DNA from: a virus
Direction: 5' to 3' (one strand)
Length of the DNA: 33,527 nt
IMG/VR virus record: IMGVR_UViG_3300016480_000130
Each line of letters begins with the position of its first letter. The first letter of the stretch is position 1. The notes under the pieces are model-generated. The model had not been told where the DNA came from. It did not search any database and was given only the letters and a program-made list of their open reading frames with translations. The translations under genes were made by a program, and so were the position numbers. Of the stretch, positions 20,486 through 30,574 are shown piece by piece.

Positions 20486-22698
20486 TGGTACAGCTTTATA
20501 TATATATTGACGGACTAGCAAAAGAAATAGAACTTTTCGACGATGAAAAGATCTCTATCACTTCATCTATTCAAAATATTAACGATATTTCAAAAGTATT
20601 CACTGACTATTCACAAACTTTTACTATTCCCGCAAGTGCTAACAATAATATTATTTTCAAGCATTGGTACGAAAGCGGAATAGATAATGGATATGATCAA
20701 AGAATTAGATACGATGGTTTTATTAAAATAGATACTCAGACTTTTAGAGTAGGAAAATGGCAGTTAGAGAGTGCATCTATAAAAGACAATCGAGTAGAAG
20801 ATTATAAACTCACTTTTTATGGTAATTTAAAAACATTAGCTGATAAATTTGGAGAAGATAAATTAAAAGATATTCAAGAAGTAAACGCATATACAATAAA
20901 TTACTCAGGGGCAAACGTTCAAAATACAATCACTACAACAGCGGATTTAGATTTGATGTATCCGTTAATTAGTTCTGCTAGGGCGTGGCAATATGGAACA
21001 GGCGGTTCAAATGATATATCTGTATCGACAAACGCAATAGTTCATTCCGAACTTTTCCCAGCGTTAAAAGTTTCTAAAATATTTGAAGCTATTGCTTCAA
21101 AATATAACTTAACTTTTTCAGGTAGTTTTTTAAATGATGCAAGATTTAAAAAGGCTTTTTTATGGTTAAAAAATAAAGAAGAAAATACAGTTAACTTTAG
21201 TGAAGAAGTGCCTATTAATTTCAATACTATTGTTAATAATAGTGCTATGACACAATTTACAACTTCACAATTTACTATTAACAAACAGCCTTTTATTACA
21301 AGTATTTCAGGAGGTGCAGAAACAAATACTTTTAGTTATTTTCAAATAAATTTAACGTTATCTACAGCGACCAATTGGGAATTATTGTTGTACAAGTCGG
21401 GAACTTTATACGCAAGTGAAACAGGGTACGGCACAAGCATTTCAAAGCTTTACAATGCTAATATGATTGATAATGGTACTTATACATATAAAATAAAATC
21501 AACAGTACCGATTACAATTACAGGAACAGCGACAGGTCGACACATACGCAGACGAACTTTTTCTCCTTACACTGCAACAGATGTTTTTTCAACTGCTAAT
21601 GTTAGTGCGAGTATTTCATCTATCCCCTTAGATTTAACACGTTTTATGCCTGACATGAAAGTGGCTGATTTTTTTACAGGAATTTTAAAAATGTTTAATC
21701 TAACTGCATTTAGTGAGGATGGGGAAAACTTTACACTTCAACAGCTAGAGCAATGGTATTACGATGGAGAAATAAAAGATTTTAGTCAATATTGTATAAC
21801 TGATAAAGACGTTAATAGGGTAAAACCATATAAAAAAATAAAATTTGAGTACGAGAAAAGTGAAAGCATTTTAAATAAAAAGTTCTTCGATTTATTTTCA
21901 CGTGAATATGGTGATTTAGATTATTCTTTTAACTACGACGGAAGCGAATACACTATAAAATTACCATTTGAAAATATATTATTTAATAAATTTGGGACTA
22001 CATTTTTACAAGTGGCTTATGCCTTAAAAAGTGATTTAAATAAATACATCCCTAAGCCAGTTATTATTTATCGAAATGAAAGAAAAGGATGTTCATTTTA
22101 TTTCAACAATGGATCTGCAAATAATTTAATTAGCATGTATAATGTGTTCGGACAAGAACTATATGCGAATGGGGTTATTAATTCTTTAAACTGGGGTGTA
22201 GAAATTTCAAGTTTTTATCTTAATCCTGTTTACAACTCTTTATTTAAAAACTATTATTTAGACTATTTAAATAATCTTTATTCTTTAAAGTCAAGAATGA
22301 TTAAAATAAAAATGAGGTTGCCATATACCGAACTATTAAGGCTTAAATTAAATGATAGGATAGTATTAAGAAATAAGCGTTATATAATTAATCAATATAC
22401 AACAGACCTGACCACTTTTGAAAATGATTTTGAACTAATTGAAGATTTTAGAAATATAAACTTTGATAATTCAGCAGATAGGTATATTAATAATACAGCA
22501 CAAACATTAACTTATTATTATACCCAAAAAAGAAAATGGTCAATCGAAATAGACCCTTTAAATATTATTGACAGCTTCACTCAATATGACGGACATATAG
22601 AAGTTAACATAAAAGAGAATACAAGCGGTGAGCAAAGGGTATGTGTTTTATCAACAGTAGTAGAAAAAGAACAACTAATTATAATACAAGATGCTTAG
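20485..22698 (+). CDS. large tail-tip/baseplate structural protein
   Basis: 737 aa. The N-terminal ~110 aa (ISITSSIQNINDISKVFTDYSQTFTIPAS.NN) are reminiscent of siphovirus tail-tip (Dit/Tal-type) N-domains. Confidence 0.4.
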   Translation: MVQLYIYIDGLAKEIELFDDEKISITSSIQNINDISKVFTDYSQTFTIPASANNNIIFKHWYESGIDNGYDQRIRYDGFIKIDTQTFRVGKWQLESASIKDNRVEDYKLTFYGNLKTLADKFGEDKLKDIQEVNAYTINYSGANVQNTITTTADLDLMYPLISSARAWQYGTGGSNDISVSTNAIVHSELFPALKVSKIFEAIASKYNLTFSGSFLNDARFKKAFLWLKNKEENTVNFSEEVPINFNTIVNNSAMTQFTTSQFTINKQPFITSISGGAETNTFSYFQINLTLSTATNWELLLYKSGTLYASETGYGTSISKLYNANMIDNGTYTYKIKSTVPITITGTATGRHIRRRTFSPYTATDVFSTANVSASISSIPLDLTRFMPDMKVADFFTGILKMFNLTAFSEDGENFTLQQLEQWYYDGEIKDFSQYCITDKDVNRVKPYKKIKFEYEKSESILNKKFFDLFSREYGDLDYSFNYDGSEYTIKLPFENILFNKFGTTFLQVAYALKSDLNKYIPKPVIIYRNERKGCSFYFNNGSANNLISMYNVFGQELYANGVINSLNWGVEISSFYLNPVYNSLFKNYYLDYLNNLYSLKSRMIKIKMRLPYTELLRLKLNDRIVLRNKRYIINQYTTDLTTFENDFELIEDFRNINFDNSADRYINNTAQTLTYYYTQKRKWSIEIDPLNIIDSFTQYDGHIEVNIKENTSGEQRVCVLSTVVEKEQLIIIQDA

Positions 22699-22834
22699 AT
22701 TAATTATTGAAATTTTAGAGTTTCAAAAGATAGGAGTTAGCGAAAATATAGACATCGCAAAAGGAAAATACAAATATCCGAAAACGTTTAACGAATTTAA
22801 AAAGGCTGTAAAATGGCAATTACTAAAAAAATAG
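22691..22834 (+). CDS. possible 47-aa ORF bridging the gap before the tape-measure gene
   Basis: ATG 22691 and TAG 22832-22834. It overlaps both neighbours. The only support is that it fills the 114-nt gap. Confidence 0.25.
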   Translation: MLRLIIEILEFQKIGVSENIDIAKGKYKYPKTFNEFKKAVKWQLLKK

Positions 22835-24999
22835 AGATTGATGTTTCAACGCTGCAAGCTGTTGGAGGTTTAGAGAATTTATCTAAGGCACTTGAAAAAG
22901 TAGATGCTGAGGCTAGGTCAGTAGACAAAACATTTGAGGAAGTTTACGGAGATTTAAATCCCCTTACTACTAGAATGGGTGAAGCTGAGGACAGGCTCTA
23001 TGAATTAGCTTTAGCGGGGCAAAGTGCATCAAAAGAGTATCAGGATTTATTAGCTACTGTTGCCAATTATCGTAAAGTACAAATACAGACCGATATGGCT
23101 GTTGATGCTTCAGCTACTACTTTTAATAATAAGTTAGGAGGAGCGTTGCAAGGTATTACTTCAGGGTTTGCAGCAACTCAGGGCGTAATGGCTGCCTTTG
23201 GCACTGAGAGTAAAGATTTAGAAGAGGCACTTGTAAAAGTACAAGGCGCAATGGCGTTATCTGAAGGTATTAGAGGAATTAGAGAAAGTGCCTCATCTTT
23301 CAGAGCGTTGATTACTTCTGTTCAATCATTTACAGTAGTTCAAAAGATTAGCACAGCCTTACAATATGCTTTTAACGCTGCTATGTCAGCTAATCCGATA
23401 GGGGTTGTTACAACTGCTATAATTGGATTAGTAGCGGCGGGATATAAACTAATATCGTGGTACCAAGATAGCGCAGAAGCTAATGATTTAGCGGCTAAAA
23501 ATACGGCTAAAAATACCCAAGCTTTAAAAACGCAGTCTAAACAAGCTGAGGATAGTTCAAGCAAATTAAAAGATTATAACAAGTATCAATATGATTTAGC
23601 AAAAGCATCTGGAGCGAGTGCAGAGGAGCTTCGTAAACTTGCATTAAAGCATAAAGATGAAGAAATTGCTTTAAATCAAAAGAATACAATGTTAGCACGT
23701 TCAACATTTTTAAGAGAGCGAGATACATTAGCGTCTTTAAAAAATGCAGATGCATCAGAGGAGGTTATAAAAGCGCAGGAAAAATTAACGCAAGACACTT
23801 ACAAAGAATTTGAAAAGCAGCGTGATAACTATTACCAATCTAAAAAGGATAAAGTAGCGTTAATTAGACAACAAAATGTTGAGATAAAACAAGCAGAAAC
23901 AGATCATAACAAAGAGTTAGCTGATAAAAGAAAAGAAGCTAGGCAAAAAGAAATAGAAGAAAGAAAAAAAGGACTTGAAGAAATTACAAAAATTCAAAAA
24001 GAGGCAGCTAATTATTTAGAGGATATAAACAAAAGTGAAAGGCAAAAAGAATTAGAAGCTGTTGATGACAAAAATAAGTCTAAACTTGATTTATTAAAGA
24101 AATTCGGTAAAGATACAACCGAACTTGAAAAAGTAATTGCTGAAGAAAAAAGACTGATCAATGCTAAATTTGATAAACAAGAAAAAGATGAGTTTTTAAA
24201 AAAGGAGCAAGAAAAATTAAATTTCTTAAACCAGTTCAAAGAAAAAGAGAAAGAATATACCGAGATAAAAAATGTTGAGGAATTAGATAGAGTTCGACAA
24301 AAAAATATTCAGACTTTAGAAGAAAATAAAAACGCATCTTTAAAAGAGGCTGAAGAAAAAGGTTTGTCACTAGAACAGAAAAAACAAATAGAAATTTTTT
24401 ATCAATCCCAAGATGAGGAAAATTTAAAAGCTTATACTGAAAGAAGAAAACAGGTTTTAATTGACTTAAAACAAAAGGAAGAAGAAACGCAAAAAGCAAA
24501 AGTAGATGCAGTATTTTCAATTGCTCAAAATGGCGTTGATATGCTTGATAGTCTTTCAAAATTAGGATTGTTAAAAGGCAAGGCAGCGCAAGCGGCACAA
24601 AAAACTCTTACTTTAGCGCAAATAGGTAAAGATACTGCTTCGGCTATATCATCATTAATTAGAGGTTCAGAAGCAACAGGTGCAGCAGCAGGGCCAGCAT
24701 ACCCAGTTGTTAAAACGACGACTTTTGTTGCGGGACTTGCTCAGATTTTGGCAAATGTAGCAAAGGCAAAACAATTATTAACGTCTAGTGATAGCGGAGG
24801 CGGTTCGGCTTCAGCTTCAGCAAGCGCAGCACCAGTAGCACCAGCGCCACAATTTAATGTTGTTGGAAATAGTGGTATTAATCAAATAGCATCAACGATA
24901 GGGCAACAACAACCGATACAAGCTTATGTAGTTGCTAATAATGTAACAACAGCACAGGCAATGAATAGAAATATAATTGAGAATGCAAGTATAGGTTAA
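22813..24999 (+). CDS. tape measure protein (alternatively an ejection/internal virion protein)
   Basis: 728 aa with Gly/Ala-rich hydrophobic N- and C-terminal segments and a long central K/E-rich coiled-coil region. It is the largest alpha-helical protein in the tail block. Confidence 0.6.
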   Translation: MAITKKIEIDVSTLQAVGGLENLSKALEKVDAEARSVDKTFEEVYGDLNPLTTRMGEAEDRLYELALAGQSASKEYQDLLATVANYRKVQIQTDMAVDASATTFNNKLGGALQGITSGFAATQGVMAAFGTESKDLEEALVKVQGAMALSEGIRGIRESASSFRALITSVQSFTVVQKISTALQYAFNAAMSANPIGVVTTAIIGLVAAGYKLISWYQDSAEANDLAAKNTAKNTQALKTQSKQAEDSSSKLKDYNKYQYDLAKASGASAEELRKLALKHKDEEIALNQKNTMLARSTFLRERDTLASLKNADASEEVIKAQEKLTQDTYKEFEKQRDNYYQSKKDKVALIRQQNVEIKQAETDHNKELADKRKEARQKEIEERKKGLEEITKIQKEAANYLEDINKSERQKELEAVDDKNKSKLDLLKKFGKDTTELEKVIAEEKRLINAKFDKQEKDEFLKKEQEKLNFLNQFKEKEKEYTEIKNVEELDRVRQKNIQTLEENKNASLKEAEEKGLSLEQKKQIEIFYQSQDEENLKAYTERRKQVLIDLKQKEEETQKAKVDAVFSIAQNGVDMLDSLSKLGLLKGKAAQAAQKTLTLAQIGKDTASAISSLIRGSEATGAAAGPAYPVVKTTTFVAGLAQILANVAKAKQLLTSSDSGGGSASASASAAPVAPAPQFNVVGNSGINQIASTIGQQQPIQAYVVANNVTTAQAMNRNIIENASIG

Positions 25000-25005
25000 T
25001 AAAAA

Positions 25006-25028
25006 AAGCCACTCGTAAAAGTGGCTTT
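25006..25028 (+). terminator. intrinsic terminator
   Basis: AAAGCCAC-tcgtaaa-GTGGCTTT, 7 nt after the stop at 24999. Confidence 0.65.
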
Positions 25029-25128
25029 CCGAATTAATTTAATCCATAAGAAAGATGGCGCATTAAATCCAAAGACATTACAAATATACAACAATTTTTA
25101 AAACAACAAGTTTTTAAATAAAAAAGTT

Positions 25129-25722
25129 ATGAATTTAATTGAGCTTATTATTGATGAAACGGATAAATTGAGTGGTGTTGATGCTATTAGCGTTGTATCA
25201 CAGCCAGCTATTGAATCTAATTTTGTGGCGTTAAAGTCAGAAGAAATTAAACTTGCTGAGGTTTCAAATGAGAAACGTATTTTAATGGGTGCAGTATTAA
25301 TTCCTGAAAAGCCTATTTACAGAAAAAATGGTGAGGATGAATATTATATCTATTTTTCAAAAGATACTGTAAACAAAGCATCTCAATTATTTTTTAAAAA
25401 TGGTAATCAGTCTAATTGGACTTTAGAACATAATAAAGAAATAAAAGGCTTAACCGTTGTTGAAAGTTGGATTGTAGAAGATACGCAAAAAGATAAATCG
25501 GCAATTTATAATTTATCTGTTCCTATTGGTACATGGATGGCTTCTGTAAAAGTTGAAGACGATACTATTTGGAATGAATACGTAAAAACAGGAATAGTTA
25601 AAGGTTTTAGTTTAGAGGGTTATTTTGCTGACAAATTAGAAGAAAAAAAACAACTATCTAAAGAACCTGATTTAGTTGAACAAATTAAAAAAATAATTAT
25701 AGACTATGAAAACAAAAAGTAA
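25129..25722 (+). CDS. XkdF-like putative prohead serine protease
   Basis: VDAISVVSQPAIESNFVALK ... LMGAVLIPEK ... LEHN ... VVESWIVED follows the conserved pattern of the PBSX XkdF-like family. Located upstream of the scaffold and capsid genes. Confidence 0.6.
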   Translation: MNLIELIIDETDKLSGVDAISVVSQPAIESNFVALKSEEIKLAEVSNEKRILMGAVLIPEKPIYRKNGEDEYYIYFSKDTVNKASQLFFKNGNQSNWTLEHNKEIKGLTVVESWIVEDTQKDKSAIYNLSVPIGTWMASVKVEDDTIWNEYVKTGIVKGFSLEGYFADKLEEKKQLSKEPDLVEQIKKIIIDYENKK

Positions 25723-25894
25723 AACAAGTCCTAAAAATGGCAAACGTGGTTGTTTATGCGACGACGGAACTTATAACAAAGAATGTTGCAATGGTGATTT
25801 ACAAAATCAAGGCATCGGAAAAACAACAGGCACAGAAAATGTAACTATTACAGAAGATAACGGAGTAAGAACAATAACAAGAACAAACGGATAA
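25706..25894 (+). CDS. small Cys-rich protein (62 aa)
   Basis: Basic N-terminus followed by C-L-C ... C-C (GCLCDDGTYNKECCNG). It overlaps the protease 3' end by 17 nt. Confidence 0.4.
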   Translation: MKTKSKTSPKNGKRGCLCDDGTYNKECCNGDLQNQGIGKTTGTENVTITEDNGVRTITRTNG

Positions 25895-25897
25895 ATT

Positions 25898-26215
25898 ATG
25901 AATCCAGAAGTAAAAAAAATATTAGGAAAATTTGAGTTAGGTTCTCATAAGGTTGATTTGTCTTTAGTAGATGATGTAAAAAAATTAGCTTTAAAATATG
26001 AACCTATTTTTGCAAAAGCAAATTCAGATTATTTATCAGCTCTACAAGGTTTTAAGGAAGCTTTATCTGTTTTAGAGCAAGCAGAAGAAATAGCAAAAAA
26101 AGGTCAACAACAAGTAAAAGATTTAGGGTTGAATGATAATTTTTTCTCAAATGTTTTAACACAATTAGCAGACCAGAAAAAAAGAGTTTTAAGTGAAATT
26201 AATAAATTAAAATAG
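25898..26215 (+). CDS. hypothetical head-module protein (105 aa, helical)
   Basis: ORF between the protease and scaffold genes. Confidence 0.5.
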   Translation: MNPEVKKILGKFELGSHKVDLSLVDDVKKLALKYEPIFAKANSDYLSALQGFKEALSVLEQAEEIAKKGQQQVKDLGLNDNFFSNVLTQLADQKKRVLSEINKLK

Positions 26216-26265
26216 TAAAAAATACAACAACATTTTAAAAGCTTTGTTTTTATAAAAAAAATATT

Positions 26266-26814
26266 ATGTCAGATGTATTAACACAAATCAAGAAATTTTT
26301 AGGAATGGAAGTGAAACTTGAACAAATGAAACTAGACAACGGTACTGTAATAGAAGCAGAAATATTCGAAGTAGGGCAGGCCGTGTTTATAGTTAACGGA
26401 CAAGATAGAGTGGCTTTGCCAGTTGGTGAATATACTCTTGAAGATGGGCGTATTTTAGTGGTTACAACAGAAGGAGAAATTGCTGAGGTTAAAGATGCAA
26501 TGCCTGAAGCTCCTGAAGCTCCTGAAGTAGAAGTTGAAGTTGAGCAATCAGCTGAACCTGCACCAACTGCTAAAAAGGTAATCGAATCAACAGTTAAAGA
26601 GTCTCATTTCTCAAAAGAAGAAGTAGATGCTTTAAAATCTGAAATCGAAAATTTAAAAACAGAATTAGCTTCATTGAAAAAAGTTGAAGAAGTAGAGCTT
26701 GCGGCTCAGCCTTTGACTCATTCACCTGAGGTTAAACAAGTAGAGAAAATTTTGTTTGCTCAAAATAGAGAGAAAACAACTTTTGATCGTGTAATGGAAA
26801 AAATTTCTAACTAA
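26266..26814 (+). CDS. scaffolding protein candidate
   Basis: 182 aa and acidic, with a PEAPEAPEVEVEVE low-complexity linker and a C-terminal coiled coil. Directly upstream of the major capsid gene. Confidence 0.55.
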   Translation: MSDVLTQIKKFLGMEVKLEQMKLDNGTVIEAEIFEVGQAVFIVNGQDRVALPVGEYTLEDGRILVVTTEGEIAEVKDAMPEAPEAPEVEVEVEQSAEPAPTAKKVIESTVKESHFSKEEVDALKSEIENLKTELASLKKVEEVELAAQPLTHSPEVKQVEKILFAQNREKTTFDRVMEKISN

Positions 26815-26830
26815 AAAATAAAAATTAAAA

Positions 26831-27784
26831 ATGGCTACAACAACAAGTATTACTACAACTTACGCTGGGGAGTTTGCGAAAAAATATATCTCAGCTGCAT
26901 TATTATCTGCACCAACTATCGAGAATGGTGGTATCGAAGTAATGCCAAACATTAAATTCAAATCAGTTATCCAAAGATTAGCAACTGATGCAATTATTAA
27001 AGATGCAACTTGCGACTTTGACCCAACATCAACAGTTACCTTAACTGAGAGAATCTTACAACCTGAGGAATTTCAAGTAAATTTACAACTTTGTAAAAAA
27101 GATTTTCATGCTACTTGGCAAGGTATTGAAATGGGAATGAGTGCTTTTGACACGTTACCTAAATCTTTTGCTGATTATTTAATTGCTTACGTTTCTGCAA
27201 AAGTTGCTGAAAAAAATGAGCAAAACATCTGGAGAGGAGTAACTGCTAACGCTGGTGAGTTTGACGGTATCATGACAAAATTAACTACTGATGCGGGTTT
27301 ACCAGCTGCTCAAGAAATTGCTGGTACAACTGTAACTTCTGCAAACGTTATTGCGGAATTAGGTAAAGTAGTTGACGCTATTCCTGCTGCATTATACGGA
27401 AAAGAAGATTTGTACTTATACGTTTCTCAAAACGTAGCTAGAGCATACGTCCGTGCTTTAGGCGGGTTCGGGGCTTCAGGATTAGGTGCAAATGGTACAA
27501 ACGCTCAAGGGACACAATGGTATAACAACGGAAGTTTATCATTTGATGGTGTTAAAATCTTTGTTGCAAATGGATTAGCTTCTAACACTGCAATTGCTGC
27601 TCAAAAATCTAACTTATATTTTGGTACAGGTTTATTAAATGACATTAACGAAGTTAAATTGATTGACATGGCAGACATCGACGGAAGTCAAAATGTAAGA
27701 GTTGTAATGAGATTTACTGCGAGTGTTCAATACGGTATTGTATCTGAAATTGTAACTTACGGAATTACTAACTCAGCTAACTAA
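26831..27784 (+). CDS. major capsid protein (HK97-fold type)
   Basis: 317 aa. Supported by its position after protease/scaffold, by high-expression-type composition (Ala/Gly/Thr-rich) and by a strong terminator immediately downstream. Confidence 0.75.
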   Translation: MATTTSITTTYAGEFAKKYISAALLSAPTIENGGIEVMPNIKFKSVIQRLATDAIIKDATCDFDPTSTVTLTERILQPEEFQVNLQLCKKDFHATWQGIEMGMSAFDTLPKSFADYLIAYVSAKVAEKNEQNIWRGVTANAGEFDGIMTKLTTDAGLPAAQEIAGTTVTSANVIAELGKVVDAIPAALYGKEDLYLYVSQNVARAYVRALGGFGASGLGANGTNAQGTQWYNNGSLSFDGVKIFVANGLASNTAIAAQKSNLYFGTGLLNDINEVKLIDMADIDGSQNVRVVMRFTASVQYGIVSEIVTYGITNSAN

Positions 27785-27803
27785 CTAGGTAACTAAGTAA
27801 TAG

Positions 27804-27831
27804 GGTGGTGCAACAAACACCACCTTTTTTT
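27804..27831 (+). terminator. intrinsic terminator
   Basis: GGTGGTG-caacaaa-CACCACC followed by T7. Confidence 0.85.
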
Positions 27832-27853
27832 AAACTTTTAAAATATATAAATT

Positions 27854-28381
27854 ATGGCATGTGATTTAACATACGGAAGAAAAGAAGTGTGTAAAGATAG
27901 CGTAGGGGGTTTAAAGGCTGTATATTTTGTAAATTATGGAGATGCGACTGGCTATACTTATGATACAGTGGATGCTGACGTAATTACAGATGTAGCGGGA
28001 ACACCAACAGCTTATAAATACGAATTAAAAGGAGCTTCTACATTTACACAAAACGTAAATAGTTCACGTGAAAACGGAACTACTTTTTACGAACAAGTGT
28101 TGGAATTAACATTTAAAAAACTAACTGTTAAAGACCATAAAGAATTGAAATTAATGGCTTATGGTAGACCTCAAGTAATTGTAGAAGACCACAACGGCAA
28201 TTTCTTTTACGCAGGTTTAGAACACGGAATGGATGTTACAGGCGGTACAATCGTAACAGGTGGTGCAATGGGTGATTTAAGCGGATATACATTGACTTTG
28301 ACAGGTCAAGAAAAAGTACCTGCTAATTTCATTGGTGATACATTAACTGGAGCTGGTTTTACAATTGTTTCAGGAACTTAA
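27854..28381 (+). CDS. major tail (tube) protein candidate
   Basis: 175 aa in a monocistronic unit bracketed by strong terminators. The pattern C....GGLKAVYFVN ... GRPQVIVEDHNGNFFYAGLEHG resembles siphovirus tail tube proteins. Confidence 0.5.
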   Translation: MACDLTYGRKEVCKDSVGGLKAVYFVNYGDATGYTYDTVDADVITDVAGTPTAYKYELKGASTFTQNVNSSRENGTTFYEQVLELTFKKLTVKDHKELKLMAYGRPQVIVEDHNGNFFYAGLEHGMDVTGGTIVTGGAMGDLSGYTLTLTGQEKVPANFIGDTLTGAGFTIVSGT

Positions 28382-28402
28382 TAGTTTAAATAAACAAATA
28401 TT

Positions 28403-28437
28403 AAAAACGCATAATTTAAGTATTATGCGTTTTTTTT
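28403..28437 (+). terminator. intrinsic terminator
   Basis: ACGCATAAT-ttaagt-ATTATGCGT followed by T7. A preceding A-run could extend the stem. Confidence 0.85.
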
Positions 28438-28491
28438 GTTATATATAAAAACAAAAATGCAAAAACCTTGTTTTTATATTAAATAGTTCAA

Positions 28492-28821
28492 ATGATTATT
28501 TTAAGAGAGCAAGAAGAATCACAAAATTTAAGTGTAATTATATATGGTTGCAATGCGGATACTATTACTATAATCGATGAAGAAACGCAAATAGAAACAG
28601 ATATTGATTGCGTTTTTTCAATTGATAAATATTTTGTTACTACTTCGGCTATTTTCCCAGTAAAAGAAAATAAATATTATACTCTAATTATAAAAGATGG
28701 TACAAATGTAGTTTATAGAGATAAAATATTTTGTACTAACCAAACAAAAGAAACGTATAGCATAAATAAAGATGTTTACGTAGAGCATACAACGACTAAC
28801 GAATATAAAGTTTATGAATAG
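28492..28821 (+). CDS. hypothetical protein (109 aa)
   Basis: ORF overlapping the portal start by 8 nt. Confidence 0.5.
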   Translation: MIILREQEESQNLSVIIYGCNADTITIIDEETQIETDIDCVFSIDKYFVTTSAIFPVKENKYYTLIIKDGTNVVYRDKIFCTNQTKETYSINKDVYVEHTTTNEYKVYE

Positions 28822-30574
28822 TTACATTTTGAATTTAAGTGCCTATACAAGCCCTACAATAAGCGAAAGCAAAAAAGGTGATTTTGTTGAGTATGGTGCT
28901 GACAATAATTATTTTCAATTTCTAATTGACCGCTATTTATATAGTACAACAAATAACGCTATTATTACTGGGTGTGCTAATATGATTTATGGAAAAGGGA
29001 TTAGTGCATTAGACGCAAATAAAAAGCCTGATGAGTATGCAAAGTTGATTTCAATGATTAAGCCTAACTGTCTTAAAAAAGTTGCGTTAGAGCGCAAATT
29101 GTTAGGAATGGCAGCGATGCAAGTTGGATATAATAAAAAACAAGTTGCTTTTGTCGATCATTTCCCTATGCATACATTAAGAGCTGAAAAATGCAATGAA
29201 AAAGGGGAAATTCAAGCGTGGTATTATCATCCTGATTGGGCAAATAGAAAGCCAAGCGATGAACTTAAAAGAATACCTTCTTTTGGTTTTGGTAATGGCA
29301 ATGAAGTTGAAATTTTTATTGTAAAACCATATTTAAGTGGGTTTCATTATTACACACCTATTGACTACTCAGGTGCTTTGCCTTATGCTAAATTAGAAGA
29401 AGAAATAAGTGATTATTTGATTAACGATGTAAAAAATGGTTTTAGTGGTACAAAGATTATAAATTTTAATAACGGAATACCACCTGAGGAAAAAAGAGAA
29501 GAAATTGCAAACGATGTAAAAAGAAAAGTTACAGGGGCAAAAGGGCAAAAGACTATTGTATCTTTTTCAAACAACAAAGAAAACGCAACAGAGGTTATAG
29601 ATATTCCTTTAAACGATGCACCGCAACATTATGAATACTTAGCAAAAGAATGTTTTGAAAAGTTAATTGTAGGTCATAGAGTTACAAGTCCAATGCTTTT
29701 GGGTGTTCGTGATACGGGTGGCGGATTTTCTAACAATGCAGATGAGATAAAAACAGCTACTTTATTATACGATAATTTAGTAATTAAACCTTATCAAATT
29801 GAAATTATTGAGGCTTTAGATGAGATTTTAGCGGTTAATGGTATTAAATTAAAGCTATATTTTAAAACGATTCAGCCTTTAGAGTTTACAGATTTAGAAA
29901 ACGCTCAAACTGCTGATCAAGTAGCAGAGGAAACAGGCACGCAATTATCAGCTCATACTAATCCAACTATTGCAGATTTATTAATTGATAAAGGGGAGAT
30001 TTTAGGCAACGAATGGGTGTTGATTGACGAAAGCGAAGTTAATTTAGAACTAGAATCTGAACTTGATGCAGAAATTGAAGCTTTAAACAATAAGAAAAAA
30101 CCAAGTTTATTACAAAAATTAGCCTCAACGATTACAGGACGACCAAACGCAAAAAGCGAACAAGACGAAAATAAAGACGGAATTCGCTTTATAACTCGAT
30201 ATAAATATTCTGGTGCTGAAGTTGGTGAACGGGAATTTTGTAAAAAAATGTTAAGTGCTAATAAATTATACCGTAAAGAAGATATAGAGAATACAAATTC
30301 AAATGTTGTTAATCCGGGTCAAGGTCATAATGGGGAAAATTATAATTTATTCCTATACAAAGGGGGTGTTAACTGTAAGCATAAATGGTTAAGACAGACT
30401 TATGTTTCTTTTGATAATGTAAAAATTGATGTTAATAATCCGAACGCTACTAAAATAAGCACTAATAAAGCTGAAAAGTACGGATATAGAGTAAGAAATC
30501 CAAAAGAGGTTGCTATGATTCCTTTTGATATGCCAAATAACGGCCACCACCCTAATTACAATTACAATAAATAA
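28814..30574 (+). CDS. portal protein with C-terminal Mu F/SPP1 gp7-like extension
   Basis: 586 aa. The N-terminal ~400 aa follow the general portal pattern (YG...NYFQFLIDRY, GFSGTKIINFNNG, HRVTSPMLLG). The C-terminus, REFCKKML...YKGGVNCKHKW, resembles the Cys/His motif of minor head morphogenesis domains. Confidence 0.6.
   Translation: MNSYILNLSAYTSPTISESKKGDFVEYGADNNYFQFLIDRYLYSTTNNAIITGCANMIYGKGISALDANKKPDEYAKLISMIKPNCLKKVALERKLLGMAAMQVGYNKKQVAFVDHFPMHTLRAEKCNEKGEIQAWYYHPDWANRKPSDELKRIPSFGFGNGNEVEIFIVKPYLSGFHYYTPIDYSGALPYAKLEEEISDYLINDVKNGFSGTKIINFNNGIPPEEKREEIANDVKRKVTGAKGQKTIVSFSNNKENATEVIDIPLNDAPQHYEYLAKECFEKLIVGHRVTSPMLLGVRDTGGGFSNNADEIKTATLLYDNLVIKPYQIEIIEALDEILAVNGIKLKLYFKTIQPLEFTDLENAQTADQVAEETGTQLSAHTNPTIADLLIDKGEILGNEWVLIDESEVNLELESELDAEIEALNNKKKPSLLQKLASTITGRPNAKSEQDENKDGIRFITRYKYSGAEVGEREFCKKMLSANKLYRKEDIENTNSNVVNPGQGHNGENYNLFLYKGGVNCKHKWLRQTYVSFDNVKIDVNNPNATKISTNKAEKYGYRVRNPKEVAMIPFDMPNNGHHPNYNYNK

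Noticed and set aside
23340-24598. Four antisense ORFs (23340-23564, 23537-23755, 24012-24239, 24236-24598) inside the tape-measure gene
   Set aside because: These are low-complexity antisense shadows of a repetitive K/E/A-rich gene. The same reasoning applies to the antisense ORFs at 5985-6170, 8306-8512, 10467-10724, 17136-17366, 17952-18233, 21042-21284 and 31753-31971.
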